This document shows positions 48,976-62,505 of a stretch of DNA of 64,000 nucleotides, one piece after another (within the stretch, counting starts at the first letter, position 1; the number at the start of each line of letters is the position of its first letter). The position numbers and the translations under genes are program-made. Location: the NCBI GenBank assembly GCA_051530055.1, contig CM121341.1, positions 620,001 to 684,000 on the forward strand, given 5' to 3'. The notes under the pieces are model-generated. The model was not told the DNA's origin, searched no databases, and saw only the letters and a list, made by a program, of their open reading frames with translations. This stretch comes from Neoechinorhynchus agilis. Taxonomy: Eukaryota > Animalia > Acanthocephala.

Positions 48976-51900
48976 TTTATTTTTTATTTATTTAAAAAGC
49001 CTTATATCTTCCACATCTGGTTATATGAGATTAGTCAATTAACAGTTTGTCGATAAAGTTCCGTCCTGAATCCGTCCCTACGCCCGATTCCCGAGTTTTC
49101 GGGTCGACTCTTTAAGCCCCGCAGGACTCTTGCCTTTAAGTCCATCATATTGAATTAATTTGCCTTAAGAATTCTTTTCCGGTCTTTGTACATTAATTGA
49201 TTGTATATTGTAAAAACTCCTTGCGTCTGCTAGCTGAATAGATTGAGGTGATTGTGCCTTAGAATGATCTTTATCGTATAATGGATGGTAAAAAAATTTA
49301 GATTTAGTTAAAACAAATTTACTTTTATTGGAGTCTGATGAGAAGAATAAAAAATTGTCTATGAATAATCTTGATAAAAATGATAATAGGAACTACTGGA
49401 AAAAAGTGTAATTACATAAAGCGCCCTTAAAAAGAAAGACGGTGGGATTCGTCCCATCGCTATGGGATCGACACTTCGGCGTCTTGCAGCAAAGATTCTT
49501 TGCAAACGTCTTGCAGTGGATCTTGGCTAACTTTTCCGCTCGGTACAACTCGGTTGCTGTACGCCTTGCGGAGCCGAAGCTGTCGTGTACGCACTTCGCT
49601 CCTTTGTCACAAACAGTTCAGAGTCCTGTGTTGTGCTCAAGTGCGACTTCCGAAACGCCTTCAACTGTGTTGATCGCAGTGTGCTCCTAGAAGCTGTCGC
49701 AACTTACGCATCGGACGCATACCAGTATTTCCTCAACGCATATGGGACTGAGACTCCTCTTGTTTTCAACGACCATATAATCTGGTCTCAACGAGGTGTC
49801 CAACAAGGGGATCCTATCGGTCCTATCGGTTTCTCTCTTGCCGTCAACCGGATCGCTCATTCGCTCCAATCCAAGTTTAATGCTTGGTATTTGGACGATG
49901 CAACACTCGGTGGGTCTCCCTCCGTGGTGTTGCGAGATTTGGAGGTCGTCATGAGGGAAGCTGCCAAGCTCGGCGTTGAGCTTAATACCTCGAAATGTGA
50001 GCTGTTTGCGATGAATGCAGAAAACGCCGCTAGTCAAACTGAGATCCTCAACAGCTTTACGCAGCTAGCACCTAACATCAAAATAATTTCGCGTGCTCAA
50101 CTGTCTTTTCTGGGTAGTTGCGTTTTTAATGAAAATATACCTCAGGAGATCCTCCAAATAGCGCCGAGAGTCGAATTGCTCTGCGAGCGTACGAAGGAAC
50201 TTCCATCACATCAGGCATTATTTTTAATAAACAGTGCCCTGTTCCTTCCGAAGTTGCTGTACAAGTTGCGTACAGCGCCCTTCTTCAAACATCAACACTC
50301 CTTGACGAAAATTGATGGTACTTTAAGGAGGTGTCTCGAAGGGATTTTAAATATCCAATTGTCGGATGAGGCATAAAGACAAGCTTACTTGTCTGTATCT
50401 TCCGGCAGTTTGGGTATTCGTAAAACAGCCGATGTTGTAATTCCGGCCTTTTAGGTTCCTATGAGAGCAGCCGAAAGTTGGTAGCTAAATTGCTCGAAAA
50501 AGAGTTTTTACTTGATGAAAATTTTAAAGAGGCGGTCTTCGAGTTTTGCCGCATTACGCAGTGCGATGAAGTTACTTTGAGAGGCAAGAGACAGTCAGTT
50601 TGGGATAAACCTTTAATCACGCGAGTTCACAACTCGATGCTTTCTGACGTGCGTTATGAGGTGACCCGAGCTCGATTGTTGGCGGTCTCCTCGAAGGAAT
50701 CCGGTGCCTGGCTGAACGCAGTTCCGATTCCTTCGATCGGAAATTTACTGTCGGACGAAACAGTAAGGATCGGAATGTCCTTACGACTAGGAATCCCGAT
50801 TTGTGTCCCACACTACTGTCGTTGTGGGGCCCTTGTGGATTCTTTGGGGAGACACGGTCTCGCCTGTCGCCAGTCCGGTGGCAGGTATGCTCGCCACGCT
50901 GAGATTAACTCGGTTATTAGTCGGGCCTTAAACACGATACACGCACCGAATCTGCTCGAACCGAGTCACCTCTGCAGAATCGACGGTCAAAGACCGGATA
51001 GCGTAACTGTGTTCCCGTGGCGAGAAGGGAAATCCCTTCTCTGGGACGCTACTTGTGTGGACACCCTTGCTCTGTCCAATCTAAGACATTCCTCAAGGCG
51101 CGAAGGAGGTGCTGCGATTGCCGCAGAGGAACGCAAGCGCGGGAAATACGCGGAGCTCTTGAGGGCACATCACTTCGTCCCTTTCGGCGTTGAGACACTC
51201 GGTGCCTTCGGTGCTGAGGTCAAGAACTTCACGGCGGATATTTCAAGGAAGATGAGGATCGCAACCGGAGACCCAAGAGCAGGAACGTTCTTTCTGCAAA
51301 ACATAGATCTCGCGATCCAGCGCGGCAACGCTGCAAGTGTCCTTGCGACGGTTTCGAGTGGTAAAGAGATGGATCTGGGAGGCTCGTAGATACATGAGAC
51401 TTGATTTGCTGTGAGCTTAGTTTTTGTATGAATTAAATCTGTCTACTTTTTACAAAAAATTACATAAAAGTTTTTGTAGTTTCTTAAAACATCTAAAAAA
51501 GAATGGTATTCTAAGCTCCGGAGGACGACCTCTACCAAGAAAACATAATGAGCCTCCTAATAATGTTTTGACAACCGGTAAGAGAATATTAAAACTCAAG
51601 CCCAGGTAGGAAGCTCTTTTAAGAACACATTTAATTTTAACGAAGGTATTATTAAAAGAGGAATTGATTAAGAACCCGTGCATTTTGGATGGAAAATCTA
51701 ACCCTAAAATTCGTGTTGATTTTTTTATATTCGAGTGATTATAGGCAGAGCTATTATTTAAATTATTTATTAAAAGTTTATTGGAAGAGGGAGAATTAGT
51801 AAGAGGAATAAAAAATGTTTTACCAGGGTTAATGGCCAAGTTGGCTAACTTTAAATTGACACTAAGAGCGTTTAATGCCATATGGATTTTGGATAAAAGA

Positions 51901-54900
51901 GATGGGCAAAACCTTGCCCTGCAAAATAGGAAAATATCGTCTGCATTAACCAGAGGATAAATTCCCTAAGGTAGTTTGATTTTCTTGGAAGTAAAAAGGA
52001 GGGAAATAAGGAAAACGGTAGGGGATAGAGGAGATCCTTGAGGGACGCCAAATCTGGAGAAAAATTTAGTTTTCCCAGGATCCACCTCACAGTAAAAAGG
52101 TTTAGATTTTATTAAATAATTAATCTTATAAATAATATTTAACGGCACCTTTAACTCATCAAGGGCCTTGTATAGAAAAGATCTGTCTAAAACATCGAAT
52201 GCTTAACTTCGAGGTTCCTATAAAGAGTTTTATTCACTACTCTTTCCAAGCAAGAAATTATAGAGCTTTGGATAGAAATAACCCTGATCTGTGACGGATT
52301 GTTTATGGGTCCCTTCGTTTTGGGTAAGAAAACCTTCTTCACGACATTTATATTCAACAAATCTTTAAAATCCAGTTTCTTTAACTTGAGGTTTGAAAAG
52401 AATAAAAATTTGATCTCATCACTAATAGCAGAGAATATCTTCGAGGAGTTAGTCATAAAATTGCAGGCCTTAGAACCGTGAGATCTACAGGACTCTAGCA
52501 GATTGTCGACATTCAGATTCCAGGTAAAATATTTTTTATTAAAAATGGGAAGAGGAGGAGCTGAATAGGCCGAGTACGTATGCGCATATAAAATTTCCTC
52601 TATCATCGAATGATATGCCACCAATCCAATTGGCAGCTTTTGCTCTCCAACAGATTGGTTTCTTGTGTAAAACGGCATTCCAGAAACCTTTCCCAACGCA
52701 TTTCATATTTACAAGATGTTTTTTGTCTTGGGAAATTTGAAAAAGCCATTTCTCGGTGTAAAACTTCTTCATGAAAGAGGAATGCATACTTTTATTGTTT
52801 TTAATATCAGCAATAATTGCTTTTTTTATAAAACATCAGCCGTTTTTACATATCGAACGTCGCTTTATGTAAGATTGAGTGGTGAGATGGGCTTTTACCG
52901 ATTTTAATATGATTTCATTAAAAAGAGAAATCAATCTCTCCTTGGACAGTAGAGATTTTAAATCAGCATTAGAATTGCTCAAAGATTTTTTATTTAAAAC
53001 TATATAGTTCCTAAGTGAGAGAACATCAGATTGAAATACAATACAATCGTGTCCCAACAAATGCTGCGTTTGAATTTGAAGAGTAGGATAAAACTGAAGA
53101 GGAAAATTCTTTTTAATAATGGCACCATCCCAAAAGGAGTGTCTATTAGAACTCGAATTATGAAAAGATGGAAAATTAGGCAATAAGAAATTGTGATTCT
53201 TAAAAAAGGTCTTACAGCTGAAAGGAAATTAGTATTGAAGTCACCAACTATGAGATCAGGATCCCAAAATAATAAAAAACTTAGCTTGTCTGGGTTGAAT
53301 ATAGTGGTTGCAAATAATTAAGAATGGGTTTGATGGAATAAAAAACCGTATAATGGGTTAATTGAAAATAGCTGAATAGCAAAAACCTCATTTTTCTCCA
53401 GGAAAAGTAGCTTGGACGCATATTTGTTCAGAAAAAGTCTGAAGGCCATCAGAAAAGCCTAAGCTGAATGTATGGTTGGAGTAAGATGGTTGTAATGTGA
53501 AAGCAGAGTAGCTATCGGTTATAAAAGGTGGTGAAGGTCCTGATTCTTGAAAAAAATATCCATAGAAATATTATTAATAGCGTTAGCGATATAGGTGGGG
53601 AGTGTGAATGCTCTAGAGGTATTATATGTTAAAAATGAGAATTTTTCTAAATTATAACCCAAAGGTATTGACATAACTAATATAGTTTATTCTTTTTCGA
53701 CATATGAATTTCTGAATCTCTAGAATTTGGTGAAATTTGCCTTTTCGAAGTCGTTAAATTTAAAAATTCTTGTATTTTTGAGATGTAATTAGTCTCTTGT
53801 GATACAGAACCACTAACAGAGGCAAGATTATCCGCACCCATTATTTGTTCTACAATCCATGCAAGCATGAAATTTAGTAAGGATAATTCCTTTTCTATGT
53901 TTATACTCCTATCTGTAAAACAGGAGGGAGTTGCATAATTATTGGAAATAGGTGTTGACGACTTGGAAATTGGAACAGAGGAATTAGAAGAAAAAGGTCC
54001 CCTGTCTAAAGACGGAGGTTTTTCCTTCCTAATGGAAGAAGGAGAAAATGGGTGGTCGGTGGATGATAGATTTCAGTAAAGGTTGATGGAGTCCAGTTTT
54101 TTACCTCTTTAGCTCCGGGAAAGGATTGTTCAAGGTAGGCAAGAGCATACCTGCATTTTCTAGAAAACGCCGTATGTTTCTTGCCACAATTTGTACATAG
54201 AATGTTATCCTTCTGCTTGCAATCCTTTTTGTGATGTGATCCAGCGCAGAAAATGCAACGTGGAGCCAAATCACATCCGTTTTCTGTATGCCCCCATGTT
54301 GAGCATCTTTGACATATCGTCAGGTTAGAGTCGTATATCGACTCATTATTACTTGAGAATGTCACCCAGTGGGGGAGCATTGCATGACCTGGTGAAGAAG
54401 CCAAGGAATCTGCGATTTCGACTGGGGCTGTACATAGGAAAGTATAAGCTTATAAAGCATTTTGGCTAAATAGATATTTAATTGGCTTTATTCCCAACTC
54501 CTTCTCCACTACTTTGAATCCCTCTAAATCCAATTCTTGAGGAGGATTAAACATCCTTATCGATACTCTTCTGGGCAGATCAACAAACACAATATTGCTG
54601 TCCTTTAGCATCTTTGAAAACAGGTCTCTCCCCTCATCGTCAAAGAAACAAAAAAATGGTATGAAATTTCGTCAGGAAAAATCTTTTTATGTTGAAATGC
54701 ATTAGAGATGCTTTTCCCTCCGGACCTAGATACTTATCATGATATTTTCGAGTTAATGCTGTTGGAGAATTCGTCCCCAACGCCTCCTTAGAAATTCTTA
54801 AAACATAGTCGTCCTTCCTGGTAGGACGTTTAACAACTTTAGACCACGGGGTGCACTTACACAAAACTTCACAATCACTCGGGGAGGAACTAATCTTGTC

Positions 54901-55000
54901 TCGAACCAGGGAATTGCTTGAGAAAGGATGGGTAGAATCCATATTTATCGAAACGTTTTCCATACTACCTTTGTTCGTCTTCGAAACTTGGTTTTTATCG
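48976..55000 (-). mobile_element. Near full-length degenerate I-group LINE (ORF1 with three knuckles, APE, RT, A-rich tail), interrupted by a CRE element
   Basis: CQRCSTWGH...CIFCAGSHH...CTNCGKKH (54006-54404); PDLIVGDFN (~53255); KVFLPK...IRVISI; GVPQGSPLSP (~52050); tail AAATAAATAAAAAATAAA on the minus strand at ~48976-48995. Confidence 0.88.
49421..51457 (+). mobile_element. 5'-truncated CRE-clade non-LTR retrotransposon (RT + CCHC + restriction-like endonuclease)
   Basis: KKDGGIRPIAMG..RRLAAK; DFRNAFN; GVQQGDP; WYLDD; CRCG..DSLGRHGLACR...RHAEIN; RPDSVTVFPWREGKSLLWDATCVDT; flanked by AATTACATAAA at 49410-49420 and 51458-51468. Confidence 0.93.
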
Positions 55001-55115
55001 ATTAACGTTGAAGCGCAAAAAAAATTTCAAAAAATCAGCGCGACGTTTTTTGCACACATTTTGCATTCAATCGCGCACGTTTGATTATTGTACTTCTCAG
55101 TTTAAAAATTGCACC

Positions 55116-55388
55116 ATAATGCGCTTGATATGTCGCTGGTTCAACACCACCGGTCGCTGGGTTCCACGGGCGTGCGAGGCTGCTGGAAGGGGTGGGGTCA
55201 GATTTTGAGATCGCCCATCGGCCCCAAAGGGGGTTGACCCTGTTCCTTCGAGTGCGGCTAAGCGCTTCCGTTGTGTGCAAGTTAGTCGAAAGGCTCAAAA
55301 AAAGAAATATAGCCGAAGCTATCAAAGAAGATGTCGCAAGACCAATGAGTGTATGTGGCCTTTGATAATAAATAAATAATAAATAAAA
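55116..55388 (+). mobile_element. tRNA-derived SINE, 5'-truncated copy
   Basis: Homologous to 55432-55728, lacks the A box, (TAAAA)n tail. Confidence 0.75.
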
Positions 55389-55401
55389 TAAAAATTGCAC
55401 C

Positions 55402-55728
55402 GGGGCCCAGTGGCCGTGTGGTGTGCGCGTTCATAATGCGCTCGATATGTCGAAGGTTCAACGCCACCGGTCGCTGGGTTCCACGTGTGTGCGAGGCTGC
55501 TGGAAGGGTGGGGGTCAGGTTTTGAGATCACCCATCGGCCCCAAAAAGTTGGTTGGCCCTGGCCCTTCGAGTGCGGCTAAGCGCCTCCGAAGTGCGTTAG
55601 TTGCCGAAAGGCTCCCAAAAAAAAGGAATATAGCCGAAAGGCTCAAAAGAAAATGTCGAAGGACCAATCAATTCAATCTGAAGAACATAACCATGCGTAT
55701 GTCTGACTGTAAGGATAAATAAAATAAA
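55402..55728 (+). mobile_element. tRNA-derived SINE, full-head copy
   Basis: A box TGGCCGTGTGG (55411-55421), B box GGTTCAACGCC (55455-55465), 5' GGGGCCCAG can pair with CTGGGTTCC (55474-55482), A-rich tail. Confidence 0.78.
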
Positions 55729-55757
55729 TAAAAATTACACTAAATCGTTTTTAATCC

Positions 55758-58352
55758 AATAATAATAACACGTTTTATTGATTTTCGTGTTTAAGAAATT
55801 AGACCCATGTACCTTTGGGTCCTCATAAACACACAGATATGTCCATTCGGGTGGGAATGTCCGGTCTGGGGATGTCTGTTCTTGTGAGAGTTTGTGGTTA
55901 TTGTTTGCAGGAGCGCTTGTAAGGTTGGTCTTTCCTCTGGTTCATTTCAGGTTATGATATCCGAGAAGATTGGGCAGCGTGGAGAAAGGAGCGTAGGTAT
56001 AGGAGGATGAAACGAATTAGGATTAAGAGACTTGTCCTTGTGTGAAAAGGTGGCGATATGTAGTAACAATTATGGAGGTGAGGTTGAGAGGCGTTTTGGT
56101 TGTTTTATGAAAATGCTATCAAGCCATTCGGTGAGAAGTGGAAGGTCAGCAGTGCAAATTTTAGATGCTCTTTTATGAAGAATTTCAAGATTTGGAATGG
56201 TTGCAAAATACGGGATAACCGTAGGTGAGGAATGGTAAGCTAAAGCAGAAGTAAAATTTGTAGAGATCGGGTGTAGAGATTCCTAAATGTCGGAGACGTT
56301 TGAGGAGATAAATTTTAAATGCGTTGTGATTCAGAGAGAGTGATGTGTGAGTCCCATCTCAAATTTGATTTAAGTTGGATACCCATAATTCTTAGGGAGG
56401 TTACTCGTAGGATGTCATTTGGAAGCTTAGGGGATGATGTGGGGTTGCGGGAGAGAGGGGATCATTTCGAAGCATTTAGTGAAATTGAGATGGAGTTTTT
56501 GATTGGTGTCGAAATTTTTTACGTGTGTGATTTCGTTAGAGGTTAAGGAGAGGGAGAGGTGGAGTGGTGAATGGGTGATGAGGGTGATATCGTCGGCGTA
56601 TAAGAAGAGTTTAGAGTGAGGGGAGAGAAGTTTGAGGTTGTTTAGAAAAATATTAGAGAAGTGGTGACAGAACAGCACCTTGAGGTACGCCTTTGGTGAG
56701 GAATAGGCTGATAGAAGAGGTAGAACGGCAGTGAGTGTATTGTTTGCGATTGTGAAGATAAGATTCGAGTCAGCGGATCTGCCACAAGTTGATATCAAAA
56801 TCGGAGCAGGCCCGGAGAAAGAGTGAAAGATCAATTGAGCCGAAAGTTTAAGAAGCGTGTCATAAATGCAAAGTAGAACATCGGTTGCAGAAAATCTGGG
56901 TCGGAAGCCAAATTGTAGGGGCGATAACTTTTCGTGAAGCGAAAGAAAGCGAGATTAAAAACATTTTTCGATGATTTTTGAAAGAGCGGATAGAATGGAA
57001 ATTAGGCAGAATGATTCGGTTGAAATAGGATGTTCATTTTTCTGAAGAAGGATCGCTTTATCAGTTTTCAATCGTGAAGGGTAGATACCGTATAAACAAG
57101 CTGTGGTTGATAATGTGGATAAGAGGGTTTATGAGTTCGGGGATGATGTAGGGAATAGTAGAGTTTGAGATTGCAGATTGAGGTGACGAATTTCGGGGTA
57201 ATTTCTTGAGATTTTGTAGGACTTCATATGACGAAACTAAGGGAGTAGTGGAGAGTTGACAGAAGTGTCAATTGTGGGAGTGATAGTTTTTGTGGAGTCT
57301 AAGATGGGACAATGGCTGTAATTTGAGTCAGGGCAGATGTTCTGATTGATGGAGTCTAGAACCTGTTTTAATTTAGTGGAGGTCAAATTTGGGAAGGCAT
57401 TAGGGTTGCGTAGACCAAGAGGGGCCTTGACGGCTCGCCACCAAGTCGAATTGCCACCTAAACGAATTTTGGAGGAAAGAAAGTTTTTGCGGGCGGCAAG
57501 TATTTTGTGAGATGGTGCTTTTTTAGGGTTATCCATGGTGGATCAAAGTCGGAGATTCTAATGAATTTCTTTAGCATTGTCGAAGTTAGAGAAAAATTTA
57601 TGATTGAGGTTAGGTAGGACATGGCCAAGGAAGGATCATTTGTGTTGTCAGAGTGAAATCATAAAATTGAACAATTTAATAAAATTGTAAATATTATGAT
57701 CCCGTTTATACCCGACGGGTAAGCGATAGGTATCGATATTTGTGAACACTTTGTCGAGGTGAGCGTCAAGACGAGTTGGGAAGTCATTGCAGTCCCCCGC
57801 AATTAGGAAATGGTGCGAATTTGTGGAGTTTATGAGCTTTATCATAGAGTCAATTTGGAGCAAAGAGAATTCAGGACGAGAGGTAGGAGGGTCATATACG
57901 TCAGCAATGGTGAATTCTCCAAGATGAAATGGACTGCGATGAATTCTAGATCGGAGTTTTGTGGAGATCCTATGAGAGATAAAGAGTATGGTAGCGATTG
58001 CCGTACATAAATTGAGACCCCTCCTGGACGGTCATCGCGGTATGGGAGGAAGAGTACATGGGAAGGATGGCTGAATCGCTGTTGAAGATGGTAAGCCACG
58101 TTTCTGTTAGGATGACTACGTCGGCTTTTTAGGTAGATGAAATGACTGAAATTTCATTTAGTTTAAGAAGGAGGCTACGAGTATTGAAGTAGAAAACGGT
58201 CGGGAAGGGAATTTTGGATTTCGGGAAATCGGGGGCGGATGTGAGGGAGATTGGGGTTGCAATGTCCGTTGCGGGTTGTGAGTTAAGGTAGGAATCGTTA
58301 CGGGATGTCGATAAAGAACGATTGATTATCCCAAAGAGAGAAGTCCGGGAGT
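55758..58352 (-). mobile_element. CR1/L2-group LINE copy D (longest; APE start to 3' tail), degenerate
   Basis: FYFNTRSLLLKLNEI...DVVILTETWL (~58210-58100); RDDRPGGVSIYVR; FLIAGDCN; GVPQGAVLSPLL; YADD; 3' hairpin and (TAT)n tail. Confidence 0.92.
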
Positions 58353-61300
58353 GGAGAAAACTGACCCCATGAATATCTTGCGCCTGTAGAAAGTTTTGAC
58401 CATTTTAGGTCCTAAGAACACGTCCAAGGGAGAAAACTGACCCCATGAATATCTTGCGCCTGTAGAAAGTTTTGACCACTTTAAGTCCTAAGAACACGTC
58501 CAAGGGAGAAAACTGACCCCATGAATATCTTGCGCCTGTAGAAAGTTTTGACCACTTTAAGTCCTAAGAACACGTCCAAGGGAGAAAACTGATCCCATGA
58601 ATATCTTGCGCCTGCAGAAAGTTTTGACCACTTTAAGTCCTAAGAACACGTCCAAGGGAGAAAACTGATCCCATGAATATCTTGCGCCTGTAGAAAGTTT
58701 TGACCATTTTAGGTCCTAAGAACACGTACACGTCCAAGGGAGAAAACTGACCCCATGAATATCTTGCGCCTGTAGAAAGTTTTGACCATTTTAAGCCTAA
58801 GAACACGTCCAAGGGAGAAAACTGACCCCATGAATATCTTGCGCCTGTAGAAAGTTTTGACCACTTTAAGTCCTAAGAACACGTCCAAGGGAGAAAACTG
58901 ATCCCATGAATATCTTGCCTGAGAAAGTTTTGACCATTTTAAGTCCTAAGAACACGTCCAAGGGAGAAAACTGACCCCATGAATATCTTGCGCCTGTAGA
59001 AAGACACGTCCAAGGGAGAAAACTGACCCCATGAATATCTTGCGCCTGTAGAAAGTTTTGACCATTTTAAGTCCTAAGAACACGTCCAAGGGAGAAAACT
59101 GACCCCATGAATATCTTGCGCCTGTAGAAAGTTTTGACCATTTTAAGTCCTAAGAACACGTCCAAGGGAGAAAACTGACCCCATGAATATCTTGCGCCTG
59201 TAGAAAGTTTTGACCATTTTAAGTCCTAAGAACACGTCCAAGGAGAAAACTGACCCCATGAATATCTTGCGCCTGTAGAAAGTTTTGACCACTTTAAGTC
59301 CTAAGAACACGTCCAAGGGAGAAAACTGATCCCATGAATATCTTGCGCCTGTAGAAAGTTTTGACCATTTTAGGTCCTAAGAACACGTCCAAGGGAGAAA
59401 ACTGACCCCATGAATATCTTGCGCCTGAAGAAAGTTTTGACCATTTTAGGTCCTAAGAACACGTCCAAGGAGAAAACTGACCCCATGAATATCTTGCGCC
59501 TGTAGAAAGTTTTGACCACTTTAAGTCCTAAGAACACGTCCAAGGGAGAAAACTGACCATGAATATCTTGCGCCTGTAGAAAGTTTTGACCACTTTAAGT
59601 CCTAAGAACACGTCCAAGGGAGAAAACTGATCCCATGAATATCTTGCGCCTGTAGAAAGTTTTGACCACTTTAAGTCCTAAGAACACGTCCAAGGGAGAA
59701 AACTGACCCCATGAATATCTTGCGCCTGTAGAAAGTTTTGACCACTTTAAGTCCTAAGAACACGTCCAAGGGAGAAAACTGACCCCATGAATATCTTGCG
59801 CCTGTAGAAAGTTTTGACCACTTTAAGTCCTAAGAACACGTCCAAGGGAGAAAACTGACCCCATGAATATCTTGCGCCTGTAGAAAGTTTTGACCATTTT
59901 AGGTCCTAAGAACACGTCCAAGGGAGAAAACTGACCCCATGAATATCTTGCGCCTGTAGAAAGTTTTGACCACTTTAAGTCCTAAGAACACGTCCAAGGG
60001 AGAAAACTGACCCCATGAATATCTTGCGCCTGTAGAAAGTTTTGACCATTTTAGGTCCTAAGAACACGTCCAAGGGAGAAAACTGACCCCATGAATATCT
60101 TGCGCCTGTAGAAAGTTTTGACCACATCAAACAAGGAGAAAACTGACCCATGAATATTTGCGCCTTAGAAAGTTTTGACCATTTTAAGTCCTAAGAACAC
60201 GTCCAAGGGAGAAAACTGACCCCATGAATATCTTGCGCCTGCAGAAAGTTTTGACCACTTTAAGTCCTAAGAACACGTCCAAGGGAGAAAACTGATCCCA
60301 TGAATATCTTGCGCCTGTAGAAAGTTTTGACCATTTTAGGTCCTAAGAACACGTCCAAGGGAGAAAACTGACCCCATGAATATCTTGCGCCTGTAGAAAG
60401 TTTTGACCATTTTAGGTCCTAAGAACACGTCCAAGGGAGAAAACTGACCCCATGAATATCTTGCGCCTGTAGAAAGTTTTGACCACTTTAAGTCCTAAGA
60501 ACACGTCCAAGGGAGAAAACTGACCCCATGAATATCTTGCGCTTAGAAAGTTTTGACCATTTTAAGTCCTAAGAACACGTCCAAGGGAGAAAACTGACCC
60601 CATGAATATCTTGCGCCTGTAGAAAGTTTTGACCATTTTAGGTCCTAAGAACACGTCCAAGGGAGAAAACTGACCCCATGAATATCTTGCGCCTGTAGAA
60701 AGTTTTGACCACTTTAAGTCCTAAGAACACGTCCAAGGGAGAAAACTGATCCCATGAATATCTTGCGCCTGTAGAAAGTTTTGACCACTTTAAGTCCTAA
60801 GAACACGTCCAAGGGAGAAAACTGATCCCATGAATATCTTGCGCCTGTAGAAAGTTTTGACCATTTTAGGTCCTAAGAACACGTCCAAGGGAGAAAACTG
60901 ACCCCATGAATATCTTGCGCCTGTAGAAAGTTTTGACCATTTTAGGTCCTAAGAACACGTCCAAGGGAGAAAACTGACCCCATGAATATCTTGCGCCTGT
61001 AGAAAGTTTTGACCATTTTAAGTCCTAAGAACACGTCCAAGGGAGAAAACTGACCCCATGAATATCTTGCGCCTGTAGAAAGTTTTGACCACTTTAAGTC
61101 CTAAGAACACGTCCAAGGGAGAAAACTGATCCCATGAATATCTTGCGCCTGTAGAAAGTTTTGACCATTTTAAGTCCTAAGAACACGTCCAAGGGAGAAA
61201 ACTGACCCCATGAATATCTTGCGCCTGTAGAAAGTTTTGACCATTTTAAGTCCTAAGAACACGTCCAAGGGAGAAAACTGACCCCATGAATATCTTGCGC

Positions 61301-62172
61301 CTGTAGAAAGTTTGACCATTTTAAGTCCTAAGAACACGTCCAAGGGAGAAAACTGACCCCATGAATATCTTGCGCCTGTTGAAAGTTTTGACCATTTTAG
61401 TCCTAAGAACACGTCCAAGGGAGAAAACTGACCCATGAATATCTGCGCCTTAGAAAGTTTGACCATTTAAGCCTAAGAACACGTCCAAGGGAGAAAACTG
61501 ACCCCATAATATCTGCGCCTGTGAAAGTTTTGACCATTTTAGTCCAAGAACACGTCAAGGAGAAACTGACCCATGAATATCTTGCGCCTGTAGAAAGTTT
61601 TGACCATTTTAAGTCCTAAGAACACGTCCAAGGGAGAAACTGACCCCATGAATATCTTGCGCCTGTAGAAAGTTTTGACCATTTTAAGTCCTAAGAACAC
61701 GTCCAAGGGAGAAAACTGACCCCATGAATATCTTGCGCCTGAGAAAGTTTTGACCACTTTAAGTCCTAAGAACACGTCCAAGGGAGAAAACTGACCCATG
61801 AATATCTTGCGCCTGTAGAAAGTTTTGACCACTTTAAGTCCTAAGAACACGTCCAAGGGAGAAAACTGACCCCATGAATATCTTGCGCCTGTAGAAAGTT
61901 TTGACCACTTTAAGTCCTAAGAACACGTCCAAGGGAGAAAACTGACCCCATGAATATCTTGCGCCTGTAGAAAGTTTTGACCATTTCAGGTCCTAAGAAC
62001 ACGTCCAAGAGAGAAAACTGACCCCATGAATATCTTGCGCCTGTAGAAAGTTTTGACCACTTTAAGTCCTAAGAACACGTCAAAGGGAGAAAACTGACCC
62101 CATGAATATCTTGCGCCTGTAGAAAGTTTTGACCATTTCAGGTCCTAAGAACACGTCCAAGGGAGAAAACTG
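58353..62172. repeat. Satellite array, 76-bp unit, about 50 copies
   Basis: Unit cacgtccaagggagaaaactgaccccatgaatatcttgcgcctgtagaaagttttgaccactttaagtcctaagaa (e.g. 58495 and 58571). No spacers. Confidence 0.98.
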
Positions 62173-62505
62173 GCTCCATTCTCCATGTGGTGGACGAACT
62201 GATTTATTTGTGTGTGTGTGTGAACATGGACGCGAACACCGGTTCGACACGACGAAATCGCACACTCTGCATGCACTGCACACACACAGCCGACGCCGTC
62301 GTCACATTGGCACCTATCGGCGGCGGTGGTTGCATAGCGTTGTGTGTGTGCGTGTGTATTTGCGCTCGCTCGCTCTCTCTCTCTGGGAAGGATGGCGGCG
62401 GCGACGGCAGTACAGAGGGAGCGGGTTTCATTCTGCTGTCATACGCGCGTGCCGGGATTCCGAGTCCGTTTTGGCATGGACCGCGTGTGTCTTTGTGCAT
62501 TTCAG

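Noticed and set aside
58353-62172. CRISPR-like array
   Set aside because: Units abut with no unique spacers and no cas genes, in a eukaryotic context. The ORFs listed here are repeat artefacts.
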